From: a virus
Taxonomy: Duplodnaviria; Heunggongvirae; Uroviricota; Caudoviricetes
DNA: 13,193 nt
Direction: 5' to 3' (one strand)
Virus record (IMG/VR): IMGVR_UViG_2737471845_000021
Positions 1 to 7,622 of this stretch are shown piece by piece. Made by a program: the position numbers and the translations under genes. Each line of letters opens with the position of its first letter. Positions within the stretch are counted from its first letter, which is position 1. Below the pieces are notes generated by a model that ran no database searches, was not told where the DNA came from, and was given only the letters and a program-made list of their open reading frames with translations.

Positions 1-379
1 TGAGCTGTGCTTCTTCATCCGGACCAATGCCATCCTGGTCTGCAATATCCAGACACAGGCACAGCACATCAACCGCTTCAGCGGTTCCTGCCACATCAGC
101 CAGTTCACGCAAAGCCTGAGCATTCGCACTACGAGGCGACGCTTCATAACGGGCGCGGATATTTGCACTAATTTGTGCAATCTCACCGGAGAACGGCGCA
201 AAAGCAGGAAGTGCTGCAATGGTTTTCTCCAGTACCGCGATTTCTTTCGCGTCGCAGGTACCGTCAGCATATGCAATGGAGTATGCGCCCCAGATGGTCG
301 CTTCCACTGCGTCGCGGTTCTACATCTTCTTCACTTCAGTAATGGCCTTGCGGGTTTTCTTTTTGAAAATACCTAACAT
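1..379 (-). pseudogene. TerB-like (tellurite-resistance / DjlA-N-like) domain protein, 5' part only; in-frame amber codon at codon 20 (320..322); 3' end beyond window start
   Basis: ATG at 379..377 with AAAGGA 10 nt upstream. The frame reads MLGIFKKKTRKAITEVKKM, then TAG, then stays open to position 1 (more than 100 codons) with two D-G-x-x-D/E-x-E-x-x-L repeats. Family assignment is weak (motif recall only). Confidence 0.4.
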
Positions 380-546
380 CGTGACTTGTCCTTTTAGTGG
401 GTGAGCCTCGCCCCGGGATGAGCAGCCCACAGAGAAAGTCACACCGACAATCCCGTAAGCTCCCCCTGAAGGGCTCTGTGATTTTTGATGTGCGCCGGCT
501 TGGAGCGAAATGAAAAGCCCCTCAACAGCAGCCTAAGACTATGAAT

Positions 547-573
547 AAAAAAATACCCGTCCGGAGACGGGCT
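547..573 (-). terminator. Rho-independent terminator (minus strand)
   Basis: Minus-strand hairpin CCCGTC-UCCG-GACGGG (plus 556..571) followed by UAUUUUUUU (plus A-run 547..553). Lies downstream of the tRNA genes on the same strand. Confidence 0.6.
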
Positions 574-844
574 AACGCATTCATCATGTAAGAGTGGAAC
601 AGCGATTATTGTAAGTATGGCCGCTGCCAGAATGAGTCGTCAGCCTGCAACGCAATTCTGGCAAATCACAGGCACCAAAACAGGCAACGACTCATTCTGG
701 TAACAACTTTTTCCAATAACGCAACTTCATGAGAAAAAAACAGCACTGTATCCGCTATTGCAGAATGAAGAACAATAAAAACCTGAACTATTATTCAACG
801 CGGAAAACCGCCAGTGCTGCAAACGCCGTCAGAAATAAAACAAT

Positions 845-880
845 GAAGTTGCGGAGAACAGGAATCGAACCGGCATTACC
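845..880 (-). other. tRNA-like 3' fragment (degenerate tRNA-Arg(CCU)-like T-arm); not a complete tRNA
   Basis: Minus strand reads ...CCTTAGG..GCCGGTTCGATTCCTGTTCTCCGCA, which resembles the 3' half of an argW-type tRNA (GGTTCGATTCC T-loop). The T-stem has mismatches and no complementary 5' acceptor strand is present upstream. Confidence 0.3.
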
Positions 881-1437
881 AACCTAAGGCTGATGTAATA
901 ATCACTATACGATACCTGCATATAGAGCAGGCCTCCGTAACCACAATAATGACACTGATACTGATAACAGCCCTTCATTATGATTAAACGGATGCCAGCA
1001 ATGACCCGCTAGACAGCGGATAACACCCTGTGAACAGAAACTTGCTGCCTTTCGGATCGGGATTAATATTACCGATAATTTATATGACATCAAAAACTAA
1101 TTAGTTTTCATATTTAAACATATGTATAAATATGTATCAGGCGCATACAATTTATGTTATTTCATCCAGACTTCTGATTTCTCACAGGACATTGCGTAAA
1201 AACCAATATGAATATGATCCATTTGGGAATACGCTAATTACGTTGTTGCGACAAATAACAGGAAACACTCAGGAAATAACAGATTGCAAGACTTACATCA
1301 GCAGTAGTTTTTGTAACTTTTAACGTTAATTGTATCGTTTATAGAAAAGCTATGATGCCATATGGTGAACTAACAGAACTTAACGAATAACCCAATGACT
1401 CCGGGCTAATAACGCTGCCAGCTAAACTTGCATGGAA

Positions 1438-1514
1438 TGGTCCGCCACCGAGGACTCGAACCTCGCACAATCAACTTAGAAGGTTGATGCTCTATCCTGA
1501 TGAGCTAGTGGCGG
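1438..1514 (-). tRNA. tRNA-Arg (anticodon UCU)
   Basis: Minus-strand 77-nt sequence folds as a cloverleaf by hand: acceptor CCGCCAC/GTGGCGG, D-stem GCTC/GAGC, anticodon stem TCAAC/GTTGA with loop CTTCTAA (anticodon TCT), T-arm CGAGG-TTCGAGT-CCTCG, discriminator A, CCA encoded. Confidence 0.85.
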
Positions 1515-1516
1515 AA

Positions 1517-1592
1517 TGGTGGCCCTTGCTGGATTTGAACCAGCGACCTGGCGATTATGAGTCGCTCGCTCTAACCACTGAGCTAAAGGGCC
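1517..1592 (-). tRNA. tRNA-Ile2 (anticodon CAU, lysidine type; formally could be Met)
   Basis: Minus-strand 76-nt cloverleaf GGCCCTTTAGCTCAGTGGTTAGAGCGAGCGACTCATAATCGCCAGGTCGCTGGTTCAAATCCAGCAAGGGCCACCA. Anticodon loop is CTCATAA. Overall sequence is close to E. coli ileX/ileY-type tRNA rather than elongator tRNA-Met. Separated from tRNA-Arg by 2 nt. Confidence 0.8.
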
Positions 1593-1601
1593 ACATGTGA
1601 A

Positions 1602-1631
1602 ATATTAATTATTGAAAACCAGCCCCTGCAA
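1602..1631 (-). promoter_or_regulatory. Candidate sigma70 promoter for the tRNA pair
   Basis: Minus strand TTGCAG (plus 1626..1631), 18-nt spacer, TAATAT (plus 1602..1607), ending about 9 nt upstream of the tRNA-Ile 5' end. Confidence 0.35.
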
Positions 1632-2589
1632 AATTTATTCACTTATAAAAAAGGCTCAACAGTATTACCAGTGAGCCAAAGTAAAGGAATAAAACGATGA
1701 AAAGGCCAATAGACAGCATAGTAACTACACCATCAGGATAAGGCATGAATATCTGTAATTATAACATCAGCATTGCACAGAGTTTATAACTGATATCATG
1801 CCCTATCCTGATGAGGCATAAAAACACAGAAAATATCCTTTCTTATCTATATCATTCCCTACCCAGCCACTTTTTCCACAAAGAGAAACATTGAGTGTGG
1901 CACTCTGTTGTACATCATAACATTACATCCGGAAATTAACACGTCCTTCAACAGAATGCCACACTCAATATTGCCATGATATTAAGCTCCAACAAAAAAA
2001 AATAAAATGCACCGAATCCGTAACACGAAATCACAAATTGAAGAGAAACTCCCCCCCACGCAAACAAGCGCCGATGCTATACAATTTAACAGTATACAAA
2101 TCCATTAAAAGATAGAACGGGATAATGCATTGCAAGATAAAAGATGCAAAACTTTCCATTAACTCACACTACAAACACCACCGACACCCCCAACAGCGAG
2201 CTGCCTGTGGTGGAATTAAATATCACTTAAATAAGCAAGAAGCACAACCACAATCATGTAAAATTTTATTAAAAACCTTAACACAAAAAACATTTAATGA
2301 GTGGTAATGTTAGATATTTATCACTAGCTTATCAGCAATATTAGGTGAAAACACAAAAATCTTAGCTTTATGTGCACACCAACATATCAATAACTCTTGA
2401 GACTTATATGCCCAAACGGATAACAATTAACTGTATAAAAACCGCTTAAAGAATGTCTTGAAGGAATGCAGATCAATCACTCTTATCACAATACCAAAAA
2501 ATTTACGTACGTAAATCTTTCTCTATATGTTTTTTAATATATCCCGGCACTAACTCTCGGTTACTCAGAGCAAGGAAAGTTAACTAAAA

Positions 2590-3408
2590 TCAATGGTGTT
2601 TTAATAACGGATAAGTAAAAAACAACAAATGGCAAAGATTTAAACCAAAATGAAAAAGGGTGGATACCCACACCCGACCACTCCACAACCACGCCAAACC
2701 ATAAATAAAACCAGCAAGCGTAGAAAAGAGAACCAGTAATAAACCACCAGATAAATGATAAAGACCAAAAAGACATGAAGATATAAACAATGCAGTTAAT
2801 GGATGTATAATAAATGACAGACGCTGCTGAAGATATCCTCTAAAAAAAGCCTCTTCAGCAAGTGAAACAAAAAATAGGTTACTCAATATAAATTGAGGTA
2901 ACCAATCAGGAAAATGCAACTCTGGTTTCAACCCACCAACAAAAACACCTGACATTAAAAGTAAAGGAACAGAGAGTAAAAGCATACCCCAAAAACTGTA
3001 AGGCACATTTCGTCTGCCCCCATCGTTGAATAAAGAAGGAAATCCAAGCAATAACAAAAATGGTATTAGTGCCTTGTCAAAATTAAAATACATAATGTAT
3101 GGAGTACTCAGTGGGCCTGCAACTACAGAATTTAAAATCAATGGATTATGAAACCCAGGCCAAATGTGAATAAGCAATCCTGCAGATGACAGAACAAAAC
3201 CAATCTCAATGATTATTCTACACAAATACTTATGTGGCCATTTTATTTTCAATAAAAAACACACACTTACTGTTATGAGAAGAAAAATCGCCTGCCACTT
3301 AATCACACCATTGAGCCCCCCCAAAACAATAGCAATTAACAACAATAATGAAGACAACAACCTATACGAACTTAAGCTAACCAATGACAGAGCCAGAATA
3401 CCCCACAT
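2590..3408 (-). CDS. CPBP family intramembrane metalloprotease (CAAX protease / Abi domain), polytopic membrane protein; cargo gene in AT-rich island
   Basis: 272-aa ORF, ATG at 3408 with AAGGAGG 5 nt upstream. Hydrophobic N-terminal half. All three CPBP motifs in order: EEAFFRGY (EExxxR), FGLYH (FxxxH), HFGLN (HxxxN). Local GC content is much lower than the flanking phage genes. Confidence 0.85.
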   Translation of the reverse strand: MWGILALSLVSLSSYRLLSSLLLLIAIVLGGLNGVIKWQAIFLLITVSVCFLLKIKWPHKYLCRIIIEIGFVLSSAGLLIHIWPGFHNPLILNSVVAGPLSTPYIMYFNFDKALIPFLLLLGFPSLFNDGGRRNVPYSFWGMLLLSVPLLLMSGVFVGGLKPELHFPDWLPQFILSNLFFVSLAEEAFFRGYLQQRLSFIIHPLTALFISSCLFGLYHLSGGLLLVLFSTLAGFIYGLAWLWSGRVWVSTLFHFGLNLCHLLFFTYPLLKHH

Positions 3409-3451
3409 TCGTTCCTCCTTAATTATAATAATACAATATAACCATCATAAC

Positions 3452-3490
3452 GTTCTTTTATTATACAAACATCACAATATTCAATGTCAA
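3452..3490 (-). promoter_or_regulatory. Near-consensus sigma70 promoter immediately downstream of Q (candidate late promoter PR')
   Basis: Minus strand TTGACA (plus 3485..3490), 19-nt spacer, TATAAT (plus 3460..3465) preceded by TG. Begins about 40 nt after the Q stop. Its transcript would enter the CPBP gene about 45 nt downstream with no intervening terminator seen. Confidence 0.5.
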
Positions 3491-3530
3491 TACAAACATA
3501 TACATTTAACATCTTCATGATGTGCATAAA

Positions 3531-3899
3531 CTAATAGACATCCATTTCTAATGAAACGTTTAGTATCATTAGCATTCCTTCAATAACCCCTTCAGCCTTC
3601 TTAAGTTTTTTACCAATATAACCATCAGAACAACCATGTTTTTTTGCCAGAGACATAAATGTCATACCCAAAACGTAATAATCCACGAGCAGATCATGCA
3701 AGTCACTGTTGTTCTTTTTCAAGCGAGCCATACACCCACAAATGATCATCGCGTCATCGTCACAACATTGCGGGCGGGATTTTACTTTTGAATGGATTAG
3801 TCCTTTAAATCCTGCAGCAATAGACGACCAGGTGACATCCTCATGATTATTTGCCACCCATGCACCCCAACGTTCAAGAACCATTTGAATATCACGCAT
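3531..3899 (-). CDS. Phage antitermination protein Q (phage-82 / QuuD-like family)
   Basis: ATG at 3899 preceded by GGAGAAAGG; the track ORF begins 5 codons earlier at a TTG. N-terminus [14 protein letters not shown] and a Cys-rich [16 protein letters not shown] region resemble DLP12 QuuD-type Q proteins. Position is last gene before the late promoter. Confidence 0.75.
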   Translation of the reverse strand: MRDIQMVLERWGAWVANNHEDVTWSSIAAGFKGLIHSKVKSRPQCCDDDAMIICGCMARLKKNNSDLHDLLVDYYVLGMTFMSLAKKHGCSDGYIGKKLKKAEGVIEGMLMILNVSLEMDVY

Positions 3900-3916
3900 C
3901 ACCTTTCTCCACAAAA

Positions 3917-4906
3917 TCAGGCCAGCACACCAATTGCCAGCGCGCGATCGATAAAACGAAATATCAGCTCCAGTTGGGAGCCATACTTCTCTTCAAATGC
4001 CACGGTATCCATATGCAGCTCGTCGTGATGCTTTCTGCACAAAGGCAACACAAAGAGGTCATGCGCTTTAGTCCCCATTCCCCCCTGACCGTGGCCTATA
4101 AGATGGTGGGGATCATCAGCAGGCTTTCCACAACATGCACACGGCTGTGTCTTAACCCAGCGCGTGTACTTTTCGTGAACCCAGCGGCGACGTTTTGGGC
4201 GTAACATAAAAGACTCTGGCGACTCCGGATGCACTTTCAGCGTCAGCACCTTTTTCGCTTTATCCTGGATGATGCTGGTGGCAGGAACCGAAGGCACAAG
4301 GTCACTTTCCCGGGTGGCAGACGGCACAACAGGCTTCGGTAATCTCAGTACCATACGGGCTGCACTTTCAGGTAAGGCATCCGCCAGGTCATTACGAACC
4401 AGCCACCAGCACAGTTCCGGCATTGTCACAACGTGACTATCATCAAAACCGAGATCCCGACGCACAACAGACAACACCCAGCGGGCACAGTTATCCGTTG
4501 CCATTGATTCCAGCCGTTCCGTGAACTGATCGCGCAGCTGGTTATCGCAGTGCCAGCACAGACGGATTGCGCCAGGCGCGTGTCGCATTGTGGTCATGTT
4601 CTCGCTGTGCCAGTCGGAATGAGGCCACTGGCAGCCTTTTTCACGAAGTAACCAGCTTTCAAGACATTCCACGCCACCAGCACGACGGATCACTGCCACA
4701 TTGCGGAACACGGCTCGAACGGCAGGATCATCCGCCAGCGGTTGTGATGCCGCCGGAACGGCACCACTGGCAAAAGATGAATAACGTTCCGGCTCAGGCT
4801 CCAGCAGGACACGCCCCTGCATAAACAGGGGCATCAGCTCTGAACCTGGTCTGAACAATACGATCCCCATACGTGGGGCAATTTCAGGGGTCAGTAGTGC
4901 TCTCAA
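3917..4906 (-). CDS. DUF968 (YdfU-like) prophage protein with C-terminal HNH-like Cys/His motif
   Basis: 329-codon ORF. C-terminus [43 protein letters not shown]. First codon is TTG with GAGG 7 nt upstream; an alternative ATG lies at 4870, so the start is uncertain. Confidence 0.6.
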   Translation of the reverse strand: MRALLTPEIAPRMGIVLFRPGSELMPLFMQGRVLLEPEPERYSSFASGAVPAASQPLADDPAVRAVFRNVAVIRRAGGVECLESWLLREKGCQWPHSDWHSENMTTMRHAPGAIRLCWHCDNQLRDQFTERLESMATDNCARWVLSVVRRDLGFDDSHVVTMPELCWWLVRNDLADALPESAARMVLRLPKPVVPSATRESDLVPSVPATSIIQDKAKKVLTLKVHPESPESFMLRPKRRRWVHEKYTRWVKTQPCACCGKPADDPHHLIGHGQGGMGTKAHDLFVLPLCRKHHDELHMDTVAFEEKYGSQLELIFRFIDRALAIGVLA

Positions 4907-4915
4907 CGTAGAACC

Positions 4916-5431
4916 TCACAGCGCAATCTGTTTCAGTTTCTGTACCGCCTTCCCCATATCCGCCATAGCATCAACAAACTCATCAAATTTACGACTTGCC
5001 ATTCCATACGCCTGGAGGATTTCCAGTTTCAGAGGATCCAGTTGCTTTTTAATTTCCGCACGATCATTAAATTTCTTCTCTGCTTCTTCCGCAGCCCTGA
5101 TCAGCTCCTCAGCGTGCCTGCGTAATTCATCCGGAGTAACGGTCTTTTTAATCACAACGGGTTCCTCTGTTTTTACTGGTATTTCACTATTTACTACCTG
5201 ATGTCCAAATTTAGGATGATGTAACGTTGTAGTTCTTCCATCATTCGCAACGACCAGAAGTCCACTGTCGCGGATAATGCCAATGAGTATCTCCTTATCC
5301 CTTTTATTCAGCAGACTGTACGCCTGCACTTTCTGTGATATCTGGGTCAGTGTTGCGCCTTCCGGCATTCGTTCAACAAAACGTTTAACCCTGGATAAAA
5401 CTGGCTGCAGATGAGGTGGTGTAATTCTCAT
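4916..5431 (-). CDS. Hypothetical phage protein (possible winged-helix N-terminus, Lys/Glu-rich helical C-terminus)
   Basis: ATG at 5431 with GGAGG 8 nt upstream (track ORF starts at an upstream TTG). 171 aa, tightly packed between KilA-N and DUF968. No family recognised. Confidence 0.5.
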   Translation of the reverse strand: MRITPPHLQPVLSRVKRFVERMPEGATLTQISQKVQAYSLLNKRDKEILIGIIRDSGLLVVANDGRTTTLHHPKFGHQVVNSEIPVKTEEPVVIKKTVTPDELRRHAEELIRAAEEAEKKFNDRAEIKKQLDPLKLEILQAYGMASRKFDEFVDAMADMGKAVQKLKQIAL

Positions 5432-5446
5432 GCTCCACGCCTCCAA

Positions 5447-6262
5447 TCAGTGAACAGTATCGAGCAGCTTTAACAGCTCAGGGAATCGGGATTCGAAGAA
5501 ATGCGGCTGCGTCTCGCGCGGATTTGCAGGACTGGTGATGTTCTTGCCGAACATGCAGCCTTTCGCCGTCAACGACCAGAATTTTTTTATGTTGTTAATC
5601 GCGGTACGGCTGTATCGTTCGCGTTGTTCAACGATCCCCAGCTTCGCCATCTGGTGATATGCCTGATTAGCCGTCAGGCGGATGCCATACTGCTTCAGCA
5701 GTGCACTCAGCGACAGCGTAGGGCGGCTTGAACCATCTGGAGCATCAGCAGGTGCATCAATGGCATAGATCGGCATAAGTTCAGGAAGCCCAGCTACCTT
5801 TGATAATTTCTTGTATGCACCAAGTTTCGAGGAGTTTGACAGATTTAGAGTCTTTGCTGCTGATTCAAGCAGAATGACCCCGGATTTAATTTTATCGGAT
5901 GTGGTTTCTTCTGGTGATGAATTATGAAGCGCATCAAAAGTACGTATCACTTTTAAGCTGAATGCCGGGCTGATCCACATTGCATATGCATAGACCAGCT
6001 CTTTACAGACATACGTCCCACCATTGCGCCCCTGAATGGTGATGACAGGAATACTACGGGAATCTCCCGTAGTTTCTTCTTCCAGTAATTCCACAAGAGC
6101 CTTCGTTTCAGGACGACGCATAAACTCGTGAACTTCCAGCGAACGGGAGGAGCGATTCTCACCAGCGGCAAGAAGAGCAGCTTTCTGAAGGTCGTTAAGA
6201 CAGTAGTTAGATTCAAAGTACTGGCGCACAGAAACGCCATCAATTACAAGCAACTGATTCAT
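5447..6262 (-). CDS. KilA-N domain protein (putative antirepressor)
   Basis: ATG at 6262 with GGAGAAA 4 nt upstream (track ORF extends 32 codons further). Region MNQLLVIDGVSVRQYF...ITIQGRNGGTYVCKELVYAYAMWISPAFSLKVIRTFDAL matches KilA-N domain features. A LexA box lies upstream. Confidence 0.7.
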   Translation of the reverse strand: MNQLLVIDGVSVRQYFESNYCLNDLQKAALLAAGENRSSRSLEVHEFMRRPETKALVELLEEETTGDSRSIPVITIQGRNGGTYVCKELVYAYAMWISPAFSLKVIRTFDALHNSSPEETTSDKIKSGVILLESAAKTLNLSNSSKLGAYKKLSKVAGLPELMPIYAIDAPADAPDGSSRPTLSLSALLKQYGIRLTANQAYHQMAKLGIVEQRERYSRTAINNIKKFWSLTAKGCMFGKNITSPANPRETQPHFFESRFPELLKLLDTVH

Positions 6263-6348
6263 TGGTTTCTCCACAAATTTCGGGACTGCACTCCCTTTTC
6301 GTTGATGCAAGATGAACTTACTGCGATTTTTAATAGTTATCAAGGATA

Positions 6349-6368
6349 TACTGTTCATAAATACAGTA
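6349..6368. promoter_or_regulatory. LexA (SOS) box upstream of the KilA-N gene
   Basis: TACTGTTCATAAATACAGTA: exact CTGT-N8-ACAG with AT-rich spacer and flanking TA/TA, in the 151-bp gap between rusA and the KilA-N gene. A candidate promoter lies immediately downstream on the minus strand (-35 TTGATA at 6338..6343, -10 TAAGTT at 6315..6320). Confidence 0.6.
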
Positions 6369-6413
6369 TCCTTAACGAGGTAATACCCAAATTTAGGGTG
6401 TTGCTCAATTCCG

Positions 6414-6809
6414 TTACCGGGTTGCTAATTTGCAACTCACTTTTTCGTACTTACTGATTGTGATCTCGACCTTCCCTTCCGGGATAACCGGTCCCCACTC
6501 CACCAACATTCTTTTCACCTGGCTGTCGTCTTCCCACACACCCGCGTGGGTCAGGGCGTCAAACAGCGCCTTGTTATAGTTGTCCAGATCGCGGATCCGG
6601 TTATCTGGAGGAAACAACACGATCTCCACTGAAGCAGGTGCCGACGTTGGTTTTGGCAGACGACGTAACTGCTCAACTATTGCTGCACACGCCGCGCTCT
6701 GGAATTTGCGCCCCGTTGCGCTTATCAGGCTCTTACCAGCAAACACCCCTTTGTTGGGGTGTCGCCAGTACGTGTTCACGCTGGGCGGAAAAGGCAGTAT
6801 TAGCTTCAT
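6414..6809 (-). CDS. rusA: RusA-family Holliday junction resolvase
   Basis: 131 aa with the RusA motifs LPFPPSVNTYWRH and RDLDNYNKALFDALTHAGVWEDDSQV. Start ATG overlaps the upstream stop (ATGA). Confidence 0.85.
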   Translation of the reverse strand: MKLILPFPPSVNTYWRHPNKGVFAGKSLISATGRKFQSAACAAIVEQLRRLPKPTSAPASVEIVLFPPDNRIRDLDNYNKALFDALTHAGVWEDDSQVKRMLVEWGPVIPEGKVEITISKYEKVSCKLATR

Positions 6810-7132
6810 ACTTTCAGGCCCCTCTCATGTAACCAGTGGGCTGCACGCAGCCTGGCGTTTGCCTCACCGGCAAGCAGTGCGCGGATAATCCCGACCGCCT
6901 CGCTGTCGTCGTCCTTCACCGCCGTATGAAGAGTGATACCCCGGGCCACGCCACGCTTTATCGTGATGACGCCTTTTTTCTCCAGTGCGCGAAGATGCTC
7001 CACCGCTGCATTCACCGAACGGTATCCCAGCATGGTTGCCACCTCCTGATTGGTTGGAGGAAAGCCACGCTCTTTCTGATAAGAAATCAGCATATCCAGC
7101 ACCTGCTGCTGGCATTGAGTTAACGTCATCAT
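6806..7132 (-). CDS. LexA-like DNA-binding domain protein without the S24 peptidase domain
   Basis: ATG at 7132 overlaps the upstream TAA (TAATG). About 108 aa. LTQCQQQVLDMLISYQKERGFPPTNQEVATMLGYRSVNAAVEHLRALEKKGVITIKRGVARGITL aligns motif-for-motif with the LexA N-terminal winged-helix domain. No Ala-Gly cleavage site or GDSM serine region follows. Confidence 0.65.
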   Translation of the reverse strand: MMTLTQCQQQVLDMLISYQKERGFPPTNQEVATMLGYRSVNAAVEHLRALEKKGVITIKRGVARGITLHTAVKDDDSEAVGIIRALLAGEANARLRAAHWLHERGLKV

Positions 7133-7620
7133 TACGCCCCCACGTAATTCCCTGACAGATACCACTCTTCACCCGATGCAGCGCGCTTGCTGCTTTTCCG
7201 TAAGCACCGCTCACGACGCGCCAGAAAATTGTTTCGTTCTGGCTGGGAGTGGCTTTCACGGAATGCCGCCATCCACACGGTTGCAGCACGACGGTATAAG
7301 CCCCTCGACTCCAGTTCTTCAGCCTGGCGGGTCAGGCACAAAATCACCCGGGGATCGTTAGTGCCGACATAGAAATTGCGCACAGGTCTGGTTTCACGAA
7401 CTGGTTGTGGTTCCGGCTCCTGCGCTCTCTCAGTCAGGCGCGGGAAATGTCTGCGTGTATCTCCTTCACAACGGTGAGCCACACGCCCACTCTGACGTAA
7501 CTTGCTTGCTGACTGCAGAACGCGCTGCCGTGAGTAACCTGCAAAAGCCTCCGCAATGTCTCCGGAAGTACAGCCCGGATGGGCTTCAATGAATTTCTGA
7601 ACGTCATTCAAAAGACTCAT
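7132..7620 (-). CDS. PerC-family-like transcriptional regulator
   Basis: ATG at 7620, 2 nt after the upstream stop, preceded by a G-run. C-terminal segment LESRGLYRRAATVWMAAF resembles the PerC/Pch signature (GLWRRAAxxW). Family call is from motif recall only. Confidence 0.45.
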   Translation of the reverse strand: MSLLNDVQKFIEAHPGCTSGDIAEAFAGYSRQRVLQSASKLRQSGRVAHRCEGDTRRHFPRLTERAQEPEPQPVRETRPVRNFYVGTNDPRVILCLTRQAEELESRGLYRRAATVWMAAFRESHSQPERNNFLARRERCLRKSSKRAASGEEWYLSGNYVGA

Positions 7621-7622
7621 GA

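Noticed and set aside
173-404. Plus-strand ORFs 173..376 and 219..404
   Set aside because: Antisense to the well-initiated minus-strand TerB-like reading frame; no RBS.
845-935. Complete third tRNA gene
   Set aside because: Only a T-arm-like 3' half is present; there are T-stem mismatches and no complementary 5' acceptor strand.
1101-1140. Second LexA box in the AT-rich palindromic stretch atatgtataaatatgtatcag
   Set aside because: It lacks the CTGT...ACAG half-sites; it is only an AT-rich repeat.
2125-2776. ORFs 2125..2307 (+) and 2561..2776 (-) in the AT-rich island
   Set aside because: No RBS, low-complexity composition, and the second overlaps the CPBP 3' end in another frame. A 25-codon hydrophobic minus-strand ORF near 2216..2293 (MFFVLRFLIKFYMIVVVLLAYLSDI) was also seen but lacks an RBS.
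1593-3530. Shiga toxin genes downstream of Q and the tRNAs
   Set aside because: The region between Q and the tRNAs was read for stxA/stxB-like ORFs. Only the CPBP protease and AT-rich DNA with no long ORF are present.
6864-7289. 141-aa minus-strand ORF (Gly/Arg-rich)
   Set aside because: Alternative frame overlapping the PerC-like and LexA-like genes; low-complexity translation; no RBS.
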